Of a stretch of 64,000 nucleotides of DNA, positions 31,152 to 41,203 are shown in pieces (the stretch's first letter is position 1; every line of letters begins with the position of its first letter). The DNA is taken from the NCBI GenBank assembly GCA_025965475.1, contig JAOPWV010000069.1, positions 590 to 64,589 of the forward strand, given 5' to 3'. Source of the DNA: Frankiales bacterium. Its GTDB lineage: Bacteria > Actinomycetota > Actinomycetes > Mycobacteriales > SCTD01. Made by a program: the position numbers and the translations under genes. The notes below the pieces were generated by a model, which was given only the letters and a program-made list of their open reading frames with translations, had not been told where the DNA came from and ran no database searches.

Positions 31152-33077
31152 ATGACCGCACTGCCGACCGTCGCCGGAGCCCGGCCCGCCGCCTCTGTTC
31201 CCACGGCACCCACGGCGCAGCGGATGTCCCGGACCGACGAACGACACGTCGAGCTGCAGCGGTGGCTGGCCGGGATCGCCCGGATCGCCGCCGCCGTGAA
31301 CGCGCCCGTGTCGCTGGCCGAGCTGTTGGACCTGGTCAGCCGGACGGCGTGCGAGCTGATGGACTACCGGGTCTGTGCGGTCACCCTCGCCGACACCGAG
31401 CGGGGGGTGCTGGTCATCGAGGGCTCGCACGGGCTGTCCGCGGAGTACATCGCCGGCGTGAACGCCGACCACCCGATCGCCCTGCGGCCCGGGGACCCCG
31501 ACCAGGCGCCGTCCAGCCGGGCGTTCACGACAGGTCAGGCGGTGCAGCTGGCCGACATCTCGGTGGAGCCCACCTTCCGACCATGGGGCGGCGTCGCGGC
31601 GGACCAGGGGTTCCGGTCCATGATCGCCGTACCGCTGCTCGTCTCCGGTCGTGCGTTCGGCACGCTGAACTGCTACCGCCGCGAGGTCCACGAGTTCGGG
31701 CCCGACGAGACCGACCTGCTCACCACGCTGGCCGCCCAGGCGGCCATCGCCATCGAGACGGCCCGCCTGCGGGACCGCGAGGCCACCACCATCGCGGACC
31801 TGCGGGCGCTCAACCGCTCGCTGGCCGAGCAGCACGCGCTGCTGCAGCAGGGCGAGCAGATCCACCGCGAACTCACCGAGGTGGCGCTCCGGGCCGGCGG
31901 GATCACCTCGGTCGCCGTGGCACTGGCCACCCTGCTGCGCCGCCCGGTTCTGGTGCAGGACCCGGCGGGGGTCACCCTGGCCGCCGGGAAGTACGCGGGG
32001 CGCAGCGTGGACGCGCCGCTCCAGGACGAGTCGGCGGTCTCCGGTGGTGACTCCTTGGCAGAGGGACCCACCGAGGTTCCGGCCTGGCCGGGAGCGGCGC
32101 TGCCCGGACCGCGCGTGACGACCCCGGTGCTGCTCGGCGGCGACCTCGTCGCCCGGATCTGGCTGCCCGGGCCGCTGTCCGATCTGAGCCCGCTCGATCA
32201 CCGGGCCCTCGAGCACGCCGCGACCATTTCCGCACTGGAACTGCTGCGCTCACGTACCGCGCTGGAGGTCGAGTGGCGCCTGTCCGGAGAGCTTGTCAGC
32301 GACCTGCTGTCGGGCAACCCGACGGCGCTGGCCACCATCACCTCGCGGGCGGCCCGGCTCGGCCACGACCTGCGCCGGCCGCACGCCGTCCTGGTCGTGA
32401 AGGCCGACCCCGGCAGCCCCGCCGACGTCCAGGCGGTGCTCGCGACGGTCCGTTCGGTGTCCGGTCCGGTCCGCCCCCGTCCGCTGGTGACCGCGCTGGC
32501 CGACTACGTCGTGGCCCTGTGGCCGGAATCGGACGAGGAGACCGCGGCGGCCCTGCCCAGCGCCGACGCGGTACGCCGGGCCGTCCGCGTCCAGACCGGC
32601 ACCACCGCCTCGGTCGCGGTGACCCGGCCCTGCAGCAGCCTGCAGGACCACCCCGCCATGTTCCGGATCGCCCGAGGAATGGTCGAGCTGTCCCAGCTGC
32701 GCGGCACAAGGGACGTCTCGGTGACCCTGCCGGACCTGGGCATCTACGGTCTGCTCCTGCAGCTGGACGACACCCGCGAACTGGTGCGCTATGCCGAGGG
32801 TCTGCTCCGCCCGCTGCGTGAGCATGACGCCGGCAGAGGCACGGCGCTGCTGGAGACGGTCGCCGCCCACCTCCGCCACGGCCTGAGCACGGCGGCGACC
32901 GCCGCTGCCCTGTATGTCCATCCCAACACCGTGGGCCTGCGGATCCGGCGGGCCGAGGAGTTGCTCGGGCTGTCCTTGTCCGACGTCGAATCGCTGGCCC
33001 AGGTCAAGGTCGCACTCATGGCCGACGACGTGCTGGCCTTCTCCGCCTCCCCCGCCGAACCCGGCACGCCCCCCTGA
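31152..33077 (+). CDS. GAF domain PucR/CdaR family transcriptional regulator
   Basis: GAF (SMIAVPL..GTLNCY); C-terminal TAAALYVHPNTVGLRIRR HTH. Confidence 0.9.
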   Translation: MTALPTVAGARPAASVPTAPTAQRMSRTDERHVELQRWLAGIARIAAAVNAPVSLAELLDLVSRTACELMDYRVCAVTLADTERGVLVIEGSHGLSAEYIAGVNADHPIALRPGDPDQAPSSRAFTTGQAVQLADISVEPTFRPWGGVAADQGFRSMIAVPLLVSGRAFGTLNCYRREVHEFGPDETDLLTTLAAQAAIAIETARLRDREATTIADLRALNRSLAEQHALLQQGEQIHRELTEVALRAGGITSVAVALATLLRRPVLVQDPAGVTLAAGKYAGRSVDAPLQDESAVSGGDSLAEGPTEVPAWPGAALPGPRVTTPVLLGGDLVARIWLPGPLSDLSPLDHRALEHAATISALELLRSRTALEVEWRLSGELVSDLLSGNPTALATITSRAARLGHDLRRPHAVLVVKADPGSPADVQAVLATVRSVSGPVRPRPLVTALADYVVALWPESDEETAAALPSADAVRRAVRVQTGTTASVAVTRPCSSLQDHPAMFRIARGMVELSQLRGTRDVSVTLPDLGIYGLLLQLDDTRELVRYAEGLLRPLREHDAGRGTALLETVAAHLRHGLSTAATAAALYVHPNTVGLRIRRAEELLGLSLSDVESLAQVKVALMADDVLAFSASPAEPGTPP

Positions 33078-33093
33078 CCGGCGGAGGGACGGA

Positions 33094-34293
33094 TCAGCCG
33101 GTCGCGCGGAGCCGTCGGCCCAGGGAGCGCGGCAGCGCCAGCAGCGGTACGAGCCAGAGCACCGCGACGACGAGCAGTCCCGCGGTGCTCAGCTGCCGCT
33201 GGATCGCCGCCCCCAGCAACGGCGCGCCGAGCATCACGAGCGTGTTGGCCTGCAGGTTCATGACGCCGACCGCCGCGGCCGGCCGGTCCGCGCGCCGGGC
33301 CTGCGCGGCGGCGAGCACCGCGGCGAAGGGCAAACCGGGCGCGACCCCCAGCACGAACACCGCCAGCGCCGCGACGGGCACGCTCGAGGGAACCGCGAGG
33401 GTCGCCGTCGCCGCGGCCGAGGCGACCAGGGCGCCGACGACCATGATCCTGGTGTCCTCCGGCCGGCGTCGGCCGAGGTAGCCGCCCAGCGGCCGGCTCG
33501 CGATCGCCAGCCCCAGGACCATCGAGCCCAACAGCGCGGACAGGCCCGACCCCAGGCCCCAGACCCGCTCGAGGACGACGGCAACCCAGTTGCTGAGCAC
33601 CACGCCCAGCCCGAGCGTCACGGCGTGGATGGATGCGAGCCGGTGCAGCTCGGCGTCGCGGAGCACCGACGCGTGCCCCTGCCCGGGGACAGGTGGCCGC
33701 GCCGCCGCCGAGGTGGCCGCGGGCACCAGCGCGACGGCCACCAGGGCCACCAGCGACATGGCCATCGACGTGGCCCACGCCGAGCGCCAGCCCAGCAGCC
33801 CCTCGGCCAGGGGCACGCCGAGGACGGCCGCGCCGCCGGTGGCGATGGCGACTCCCCCGAAGATGCCCAGCCCGGTCGGGCCGGTCCGGGACGTCCTGGC
33901 GAAGTCGGCGCCGGCCGCGAAGCACACCGCGCTGCCCACACCGACCACGATCCGCGCGGTCAGCGCCAGGGCGGGAACCGGCGCCACGAGCGCGCCGAGG
34001 TAGGCGACGACCACCAGGACCAGGCCCAGCAGCGCCGTCGCCCGTGCGCCCCATCGGTCCACGAGAGAGCCGCCGCTCAGCTGCAGCAGCGCATACGGCA
34101 CGGCCATCGCCGTCGTGAACAGCCCGATGACCACGAGGTCCACGCCATAGGCGGCCTCGAGCGCTGTCGTCCCGGCGCCGGCCGCGGTCAGCGACCAGCC
34201 GGCCGCGCCACCCACCAGGCAGCCGGCCACCAGCGCGCGAACGGACCGGCCGGGCTGGGCAGCGTTGCCCGGGCTCCCGGGAACGTCCGCCAC
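33094..34293 (-). CDS. MFS transporter
   Basis: GSLVDRWGAR motif A, about 12 hydrophobic segments. Confidence 0.8.
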   Translation of the reverse strand: MADVPGSPGNAAQPGRSVRALVAGCLVGGAAGWSLTAAGAGTTALEAAYGVDLVVIGLFTTAMAVPYALLQLSGGSLVDRWGARATALLGLVLVVVAYLGALVAPVPALALTARIVVGVGSAVCFAAGADFARTSRTGPTGLGIFGGVAIATGGAAVLGVPLAEGLLGWRSAWATSMAMSLVALVAVALVPAATSAAARPPVPGQGHASVLRDAELHRLASIHAVTLGLGVVLSNWVAVVLERVWGLGSGLSALLGSMVLGLAIASRPLGGYLGRRRPEDTRIMVVGALVASAAATATLAVPSSVPVAALAVFVLGVAPGLPFAAVLAAAQARRADRPAAAVGVMNLQANTLVMLGAPLLGAAIQRQLSTAGLLVVAVLWLVPLLALPRSLGRRLRATG

Positions 34294-34369
34294 GCTCGGA
34301 CCTCGTGTGCCGTTCGGAACCACAGACCACCTCCGGTACGGCGCGTCGGGCAACCCGGACCGGTTAGAA

Positions 34370-34393
34370 ATGCGACGCGACGTCGCGTCGCAT
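34370..34393. promoter_or_regulatory. Perfect 24-bp palindrome, putative TetR operator
   Basis: ATGCGACGCGACGTCGCGTCGCAT between divergent MFS and TetR genes. Confidence 0.75.
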
Positions 34394-34410
34394 ACTGGCA
34401 TACTGGTCGC

Positions 34411-35010
34411 GTGCCAGCAGCGAGTACGCGGCCCGGTGAGGGGGACCCGGCGGGTCCCCGGGACAGGCACGCCATCCTGACGGCCACCCTGGACGCCCTC
34501 GGTGAGCACGGCTACCAGCGGATGACCGTGGAGGGTGTGGCCACCCGGGCCGGCGTGCACAAGGCGACCCTCTACCGCTGGTGGGCATCGAAGGGGTCGC
34601 TCGTCGGCTGGGCGCTGGGCGCCGGACTGCCGACGGGGCCGGTGCCCGACACGGGGAACACCCGGGACGACCTCGTCGCCTGGCTGCGCGGAACGATCGA
34701 CAACTACACCTCGACCCCCGCCGAGTCCGCGCTGCCCGCGCTGCTCAGCGACCTGGCCTCCGAGCCGGGGACGCTCGAGGGGTTCCGCCGCTCGTTCCTC
34801 GACGCCCGGCGGTCCCACTGCGCCGCTACCGTCACCCGGGGAATCGCGCGGGGTGACATCCCCGCCGATGTCGACGTCGGTCTGCTCATGGATGTGCTGG
34901 CCGGGACGGTGTTCTACCGGCAGCTGGTCAGCGGCGAGCCGCTCGACGAGGGCATCGCCGAGCGACTGGTCGACCTGGTCCTGGCCGGCACCGTGCCGCG
35001 ACTGCCCTGA
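34411..35010 (+). CDS. TetR/AcrR family regulator
   Basis: MTVEGVATRAGVHKATLYRWWASK; PDTGNTRDDL. Confidence 0.9.
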   Translation: MPAASTRPGEGDPAGPRDRHAILTATLDALGEHGYQRMTVEGVATRAGVHKATLYRWWASKGSLVGWALGAGLPTGPVPDTGNTRDDLVAWLRGTIDNYTSTPAESALPALLSDLASEPGTLEGFRRSFLDARRSHCAATVTRGIARGDIPADVDVGLLMDVLAGTVFYRQLVSGEPLDEGIAERLVDLVLAGTVPRLP

Positions 35011-35037
35011 CGACCTGACGACCTGACGACCTGACGA
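35006..35037. repeat. Tandem repeat (CCTGACGA)x4
   Basis: Directly visible at the TetR stop codon. Confidence 0.85.
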
Positions 35038-35066
35038 CCATCTTGGTCCGAGACCCCCGCGCCGCT

Positions 35067-35290
35067 CTAGCCGCGGCTCGCGCAGGCGATGCACCGGGTG
35101 GCCGACGGCAGCAGCTCCAGACGGTCCGCTCCATCCGGTCCACCGCGATGGTCGTGCCGTCCCCGACCCGCTTGCCGAAGCCGATGCCGATGCCGATGCC
35201 GACGATGTTCGGGTCGACGGCGCTGAGCCGCACCATCTCGCTCTCGAGTTCCTCCCGCATGGCGGCGAGACGAACACCGACGTCGGCCAT
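35067..35290 (-). pseudogene. TraR/DksA C4 zinc-finger protein with internal deletion and frameshift
   Basis: N-part FGKRVGDGTTIAVDRM, then in another frame DRLELLPSATRCIACA*; middle coiled coil and first CxxC are missing. Confidence 0.75.
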
Positions 35291-35326
35291 CGCGGGTCTC
35301 CTTCGTCCTCCAAGGCTCGGCGTGCC

Positions 35327-36622
35327 CTACCGACCTCGCCGAGCGTTCACCGCCGGGCGGGTCCGGTCGGCGGCGAGCAGGGAGAAAGCCGTGAGCAAGG
35401 CGCAGGCGGCGACGGCCGTGAACGCCGCGCCGTAGCCTGCCGTACTGATCAGCAGGCCTGCGGAGACCGGGGTGGCGACGCGCGCCATGTTGACGGCGAG
35501 TGCCTGACCACCCGAGACGGAGGCGAAGACCCTGGCGGGGACATAGCTGCCGAGCAGCGCGGCGCGGGAGATCGACATCACCCCGAACCCCGCACCGAAC
35601 AGCACCACGAAGACCGGCAGTGCCGCGGGCCGGGGCAGCCAGAACAGAGCGGCGACGCCGGCTGCCTGGCCGGCCACCATAGCGGCGGTGAGCCGCGCCA
35701 GGCCGACGCGGGACGCCAGTGACGTGAGCACGAGCCGCCCGATCACCTGCAGGACGCCGATCGCCCCAGCCGTCACGGCCGCCAGCGTGGCACCGGCGCC
35801 GGTGTCCCGCAGGTACGCGAGCAGGTACACGCCGACGACGGTGATGGCGAGCCACTCCAGGACGTCCGCCAGTGTCAGCCAGCGCACCGCGGGCAGCCGC
35901 CAGGCGGCGCGGACGCTCAGGTCGGCTCCCCCTGTCACGTCCGCCTGACCGACGTCCACCATCTGGTCCCAAGGGCGACCGTCGATGGGCAGCCCGAAGT
36001 CGTGGGGGTGGCGGCGAAGCAGCAGGGCGTGGGGCACCGCACAGCAGGCGAGCAGGGCGGCCAGCACCAGCAGCGCGGAACGCCAGCCGAGCGCATCGAC
36101 GAGGGCCTGCGACGTCGGCAGGAAGATCGTCGAGGAGAAGCCGGCGATGACGGTGAGGGTGACCAGCGCCGCGGTGCGGTCCCGCTCGAACCAGCTGTTG
36201 ATGAGCGCGAAGGCGGGCTCGTAGAACACAGCCGCGCCGGCCAGGCCCACCCCGACGAACACCAGGTACAGCTGCGGCAGGGTCCGCACCTGGGACCAGC
36301 CGACCACGGAGAGAGCCCCGACCACCGATCCGGCGGTCATCAGGGCTCGCGGGCCGTGGTCGTCCAGCCACCGCCCCGCGTACACGCCGGCCACGCCGGT
36401 CGTGGCGATGCCCAGGGACATCGCGCCGGACAGCTCAGTCGTGCTCGCGTGCAGGGTCTCGCGCATCGGCACGAGGAACACCGCGAAGCTGTAGTACAGG
36501 ACGCCGTACCCGACCGCCTCGGTCAGACCCAGGGCCCAGACCATGCGCCAGCCCGGGTAGTCACGGCGCCGCATCGGCTGCACGGTGACGGCCCGCGTGC
36601 TGGTGTCGGCGTCACCGGTCAT
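35327..36622 (-). CDS. MFS transporter
   Basis: GYGVLYYSF, GRWLDDHGPR, FYEPAFA; start at 36622 or 36574. Confidence 0.88.
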   Translation of the reverse strand: MTGDADTSTRAVTVQPMRRRDYPGWRMVWALGLTEAVGYGVLYYSFAVFLVPMRETLHASTTELSGAMSLGIATTGVAGVYAGRWLDDHGPRALMTAGSVVGALSVVGWSQVRTLPQLYLVFVGVGLAGAAVFYEPAFALINSWFERDRTAALVTLTVIAGFSSTIFLPTSQALVDALGWRSALLVLAALLACCAVPHALLLRRHPHDFGLPIDGRPWDQMVDVGQADVTGGADLSVRAAWRLPAVRWLTLADVLEWLAITVVGVYLLAYLRDTGAGATLAAVTAGAIGVLQVIGRLVLTSLASRVGLARLTAAMVAGQAAGVAALFWLPRPAALPVFVVLFGAGFGVMSISRAALLGSYVPARVFASVSGGQALAVNMARVATPVSAGLLISTAGYGAAFTAVAACALLTAFSLLAADRTRPAVNARRGR

Positions 36623-36727
36623 CCCGGCAGCATCCTCCGGCCCGGCCACAGAAGTCTCCCCGGCGTCTGACAGCCTGACACCGGCCCCCTGGTCCTGCGG
36701 CCCTGAGGAGACGAGAGGTACCCACGC

Positions 36728-37762
36728 GTGCGCACAGGCTCGGTGGACCCGGCGCGGCTGTTCAAGGAGTTCTCCCCCCAGGCCGGCGACCTGGACGCCG
36801 GGCGCCGGGACGTACGGGACGGGATCCACTGGCTCGGGCGCCAGGGGTTCCTGCGGTCCCCCGACGCCACCGCCGCGCGGGCTCCGCTGCCGTACCTCGT
36901 GAGCCTGGTGCGCGCGCTGGCGGCCGCGTCGCTGTCGACCGCCTTCTCGGTCTGGTCGCAATGCATGGTCCTCGAGTACCTGACCCTCTCCGAGCCCACC
37001 AGCGAGACCGAGCCGCTCCTCGAGGCGCTGCGGTCCGGACGCGTGATGGGAGCCACCGCCCTGGCCCCGGCGATCCCCGCCGTCGGCGACTCCGCCCCGC
37101 TGCCGGTGTCCGCGGAACTGTCCGGTGGTGGCTACCTGCTCAAGGGCACCATCGGCTGGGCGAGCAACCTGTTCGACAGTGCCGTCGTGGTGACACCGGC
37201 CGACACCGCGGAGGGCCGGATCGTCGCGGTGTTCCGCCTTGCTTCCCCCGGTGTCCAGGTGGCGGCGCCCGCACCTCTGCTGGCGCTCAACGGCACCGGG
37301 TCCTCCTCGGTCACGCTCGACGGTGTGCGGGTCGCCGAGGCGGCCGTGCTCAGCTGGGACCTGCCGGGTTTCCTGGCCGCCTGCCGGCCCACCATGCTCC
37401 TGCTGCAGACCGCGCTGGCCGTGGGAGTGACCGACGCCTGCCTGGCCGCCATCGGCGCGGACAGCCGGGTGCCACCCCACTGCCCGGAGTTGGACGGCCG
37501 CCATCAGCGGGTGGCCGCGACGCTGTCCGGTTACGCGGAGGCTCCGGGTTCCGCCGGGCCGGGCGGGTTGGCGCAGTTGCGCGTCGACGCGATGTCGGTC
37601 GCGCATGCAGCGGCCGGCCTCGAGATGGCGGCCGGCGGCGGGAAGGCCTTCCAGGCAGGCAGCGCGAGCAGCCGCCGCGTACGCGAGGCCGCCTTCCTCC
37701 CGGTGCAGGCACCGACGCTCGAGCACCTGCGCCGCGAGATCGCCCGTACCGCCTCGGCCTGA
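36728..37762 (+). CDS. Acyl-CoA dehydrogenase family flavoprotein
   Basis: LKGTIGWASNL, LNGTGS, RRVREAAFLPVQAP. Confidence 0.75.
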   Translation: MRTGSVDPARLFKEFSPQAGDLDAGRRDVRDGIHWLGRQGFLRSPDATAARAPLPYLVSLVRALAAASLSTAFSVWSQCMVLEYLTLSEPTSETEPLLEALRSGRVMGATALAPAIPAVGDSAPLPVSAELSGGGYLLKGTIGWASNLFDSAVVVTPADTAEGRIVAVFRLASPGVQVAAPAPLLALNGTGSSSVTLDGVRVAEAAVLSWDLPGFLAACRPTMLLLQTALAVGVTDACLAAIGADSRVPPHCPELDGRHQRVAATLSGYAEAPGSAGPGGLAQLRVDAMSVAHAAAGLEMAAGGGKAFQAGSASSRRVREAAFLPVQAPTLEHLRREIARTASA

Positions 37763-37824
37763 GCGCAACGAGAAGGTGCAGCTCGTCCTCGACCGGCACG
37801 TGCAGCAGTCGCCGAAGACGCCCT

Positions 37825-38103
37825 TTAGCTGACGCCGTCTGCCGTGGCCGACAACGCGTCGCGCGCGTCCTCGGTCGCCTCCTGGACCTGCTCGTCCTGC
37901 TTGACCTCCACCCGGGCAGCCTGCCAGGAGGAGAAGTGGCCGACGAAGTTCGCCCACACCGACATCAGGGCGATCCAGATGATGCTGCCCTTGAGCCCGG
38001 TGAACACGGTGACCGGAATCAGCAATCCCCAGGACAGGGTCATCCAGCCGTGGAAGGCGCGAAGGAACTCCGGACGCCCGAACAGAGCCTGGGACCGGCC
38101 CAC
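37825..38103 (-). CDS. Small membrane hypothetical protein
   Basis: Two hydrophobic segments, SVWANFVGHFSSWQAAR, GC3-biased codons. Confidence 0.65.
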   Translation of the reverse strand: MGRSQALFGRPEFLRAFHGWMTLSWGLLIPVTVFTGLKGSIIWIALMSVWANFVGHFSSWQAARVEVKQDEQVQEATEDARDALSATADGVS

Positions 38104-38212
38104 CGCTCACCCCTACCTGTATCGGCCGCGCGAACACGCTGCCGTGAGACACCTTCCTTGCAGTGAGCGGGCGCACACGCCCTGTGAGGTAAACGTCTGG
38201 CCAGAAGGAGGC

Positions 38213-38767
38213 TCAATACCAGTTGTGCGCCTGCGAGTGAGCCCAGGCCGCGCAGGGCGAGCCGTAGCGGCCCTCGATGTAGCGCAGCCCCCACCGGATC
38301 TGCGTCCCCGCATTGGTGCGCCAGTCCGCGCCGACCTCGGCCAGTTTCGACGCGGGCAGCGCCTGCGGGATCCCGTAGGCCCCGCTGGAGGTGTTCGTCG
38401 CCGTGACGGACCAGTTGCTCTCGCGGGTCCACAGGTCGTCGAGGCAGCTGAACTGCCCCGACCAGTCGTAGTCGGCGAGCATGCTGCGGGCGACGTCCTG
38501 CGGCGCGACCTCTGCCGGTGCGGCCACGGGACGGTCGCGGCTCGCGCGGACGGACCCGGGCCGGGCGGGGGCCGGCGGGAACGTCGCGGCGACGATGCGC
38601 TCAGGGGGCCGGACCGCCTGCGCGACGACCGTCGCGGTGCGGCTGGATTCCGCATCGGCCTTGCGCGGGCGGTCAGCCTCGGCGATCACCGCGATCCCGG
38701 TGGCCGCGATCCCGGTGGCCGCCAGTCCCGTGGCGGCGTAGAGCAGCCCGCGTCGCGCACAGGACAT
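38213..38767 (-). CDS. Secreted lytic transglycosylase (aggregation-promoting factor/SLT-like)
   Basis: CLDDLWTRESNW, SGAYGIPQALP, TQIRWGLRYI..RYGSPC..W; N-terminal TM. Confidence 0.88.
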   Translation of the reverse strand: MSCARRGLLYAATGLAATGIAATGIAVIAEADRPRKADAESSRTATVVAQAVRPPERIVAATFPPAPARPGSVRASRDRPVAAPAEVAPQDVARSMLADYDWSGQFSCLDDLWTRESNWSVTATNTSSGAYGIPQALPASKLAEVGADWRTNAGTQIRWGLRYIEGRYGSPCAAWAHSQAHNWY

Positions 38768-38924
38768 GGACAAGACCTCCGGGGCAGGCTGCGTGCCGCC
38801 CCGCGGACTGCGGGCGGCGTCGAGCGGGGCACCTGCCCGGGTGCTTGCGGGGTGAAACGAGGTCCGGGAGCCTCGATCACCGGGATACGGACACCGGCTG
38901 ACGAATCACCGCACCCGGTGGTTC

Positions 38925-39893
38925 TCAGGCGCGCACGGACAGCGACAGTGCGAAGTCGCCCGCCGGATCCGTCCACCAACGGAGCATCCGCAGGCCGGCC
39001 TCGGCGAGCTCCGCCTCCACGCCCGCCCGGCGGAACTTCGCCGAGATCTCCGTGCGCATCTCCTCGCCCGCGGCGAAGGGCACCACGAGGTTCAGCGTCG
39101 GCACCTGGACGCGCTGCGCCTTCACCGACCTCAGTCGCATCTCGATCCAGGCCCGGTCCGCGTCCCACAGCGCCACATGGTCGAACGCGGCCGGATCGAA
39201 GTCGGCGCCCAGCTCACGGTTGATCACGGCCAGCACGTTGCGGTTGAACGCTGTCGTCACACCAGCCGGGTCGTCGTACGCCGCGATGAGCCGGTCCGGG
39301 TCCTTGACCAGATCCGTGCCGAGCAGGAACGCGTCGCCCGGCTCGAGCGCGTCCCGCACCGCGGCCAGGAACCGCCCGCGGGCCCCCGGTTCGAAGTTGC
39401 CGATGGTCGAGCCGAGAAACCCCACGAGCCGCCGGCCGTCGCGCGGCAGCATGCCCAGGTGCCGTTCGAAGTCGCCCACGACAGGGCTGACCTCGAGCGC
39501 CGGGTACTCGTCCGCGAGGGCGGCCCCGGCCCGGCTGAGCACCGCGCCGTCCACGTCGAAGGGCACGAACCGGCGCAGAGTGCCGGCGTCGCGCATGGCG
39601 TCCAGCAGGAGCCTGGTCTTCTCGGACGTCCCGCTGCCGAGCTCCACCAGCGTCTCCCCGCCGGTGAGCTCGGCGATCTCGGCGGCGTGGGCCGCGAGCA
39701 GGCCGCGTTCCGTGCGCGTCGGGTAGTACTCCGGCAGGCGGGTGATCTCGTCGAACAGCTCGCTGCCGCGCTCGTCGTAGAAGTACTTCGGGGGGAGCGA
39801 TTTCGGTGAGCGGGTGAGGCCGGCCAGCACGTCGCTGCGCAGCGCCTCGGTGTACGCGGACGGGGGCAGGTAGGTCGCGACGGGGCCGGGCAT
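38925..39893 (-). CDS. egtD: L-histidine N-alpha-trimethyltransferase
   Basis: [39 protein letters not shown]. Confidence 0.95.
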   Translation of the reverse strand: MPGPVATYLPPSAYTEALRSDVLAGLTRSPKSLPPKYFYDERGSELFDEITRLPEYYPTRTERGLLAAHAAEIAELTGGETLVELGSGTSEKTRLLLDAMRDAGTLRRFVPFDVDGAVLSRAGAALADEYPALEVSPVVGDFERHLGMLPRDGRRLVGFLGSTIGNFEPGARGRFLAAVRDALEPGDAFLLGTDLVKDPDRLIAAYDDPAGVTTAFNRNVLAVINRELGADFDPAAFDHVALWDADRAWIEMRLRSVKAQRVQVPTLNLVVPFAAGEEMRTEISAKFRRAGVEAELAEAGLRMLRWWTDPAGDFALSLSVRA

Positions 39894-39934
39894 CTGCAGG
39901 ACTCCTTGCTCAGAAGGTCAGGGCCGCTCGGAGG

Positions 39935-41203
39935 TCACGGGTCCCAGGCCAGGCGCACCCCCGCGAAGATCTGCCGCCGGATCGGCAGGTCCCAGTTGCG
40001 GAACGACGGCCGGACGGCGCCTCCAGCCGTGGCCCACGACCCGCCCCGGAGCACCCGGAAGTCGCCCCCGAAGAAGGGCGCGCTGTACGTGGCGTACAGC
40101 ATCGGTGTGAAGCCGGGCCACGGCCGGAACTCCGACGAGGTCCACTCCCAGACGTCGCCGACCATCTGCTCGACGCCGTACGCCGACGGGCCCGCCGGAT
40201 AGGCACCGACCGGGGCGGGCCGCAGGGCGTCTCCCCCGAGGTTCGCGCGGTCCCGCGTCGGCGGCCCGTCACCCCAGGGCCAGCGGCGCCGGCGACCGGC
40301 GACCGGATCCCATGCGCATGCCTTCTCCCATTCGATCTCGCTGGGCAAGCGGGCCCCCGCCCACGCGGCGAAGGCCTGCGCCTCGAAGTAGCAGACGTGC
40401 TGCACCGGCTCGTCCCACGGGATGTTCTCGACGATGCCGAAGCGGAGCCGGGCACCGTCCCGCGTCCAGAACAGGGGGCGCTCCAGACCCGCCTCCGCGA
40501 CGTGCCACCAGCCCCGGGCCGACCACCATTGCGGCTTCGCGTAGCCGCCGTCGTCGACGAAGGCCTGCCACTGGGCGTTGGTCACCGGGACGCGGCCGAT
40601 GCGGAAGGCCGGTACGTCGACGACGTGCGCGGGTCGCTCGTTGTCGAGGGACGACGGTTCGGTCGCCCCGTCGACGCCGACGAGGCACTCGCCGGCCGGC
40701 ACGAGCAGGGCATCGGGCAGACCGCCGGTCGTCGCGTCGCCGCTCGGCAGAACCACGCCCGGGCCGAGCAGCGCCGGACCGCGTCGGAGCTGGTGGGTCG
40801 CGAGCATCGTCTCGTCGTGCTGCTGCTCGTGCTGCTCGACCATCGCGTACGGGAACAGGTCCTCGGCGCGATCCAGACCGTCGAGGACGCGACCGCGCAC
40901 CTCCGCGAGGAAGCCCCGGGACTGCGTCGGCGAGAGCAGCGGCAGCGACGGCCGCTCCGCCCGCGGGTGCTGGAAGGCGTCGTACAGCCCGTCGATCTCG
41001 GCAGGCAGGACCCCCTCCCGCCGGGCGTCGCCCTGGCGCAAGAGCCAGAGGTCCTCCTGCTGACCGACGTGCGCCAGGTCCCACACGAGCGGGCTCATCA
41101 GCGGGCTGTGCTGCCGGAGGAGCTCCGGCTCGTCGAAGCAGGTCAGTCCCAGCGTGCGTTCCCTGGCCCGCTCCAGACCCGCCGCGATCTCCTCACCACG
41201 CAT
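39935..41203 (-). CDS. egtB: Ergothioneine sulfoxide synthase (type I)
   Basis: [23 protein letters not shown] domain, [13 protein letters not shown]. Confidence 0.95.
   Translation of the reverse strand: MRGEEIAAGLERARERTLGLTCFDEPELLRQHSPLMSPLVWDLAHVGQQEDLWLLRQGDARREGVLPAEIDGLYDAFQHPRAERPSLPLLSPTQSRGFLAEVRGRVLDGLDRAEDLFPYAMVEQHEQQHDETMLATHQLRRGPALLGPGVVLPSGDATTGGLPDALLVPAGECLVGVDGATEPSSLDNERPAHVVDVPAFRIGRVPVTNAQWQAFVDDGGYAKPQWWSARGWWHVAEAGLERPLFWTRDGARLRFGIVENIPWDEPVQHVCYFEAQAFAAWAGARLPSEIEWEKACAWDPVAGRRRRWPWGDGPPTRDRANLGGDALRPAPVGAYPAGPSAYGVEQMVGDVWEWTSSEFRPWPGFTPMLYATYSAPFFGGDFRVLRGGSWATAGGAVRPSFRNWDLPIRRQIFAGVRLAWDP

Noticed and set aside
35006-35037. CRISPR-like array
   Set aside because: 8-bp tandem units without spacers; simple slippage repeat
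38770-38925. c-di-AMP (ydaO) riboswitch upstream of the transglycosylase
   Set aside because: Conserved GCCGAA/GGGGAAC/CCGTCAGCTAAC elements not found on the coding strand
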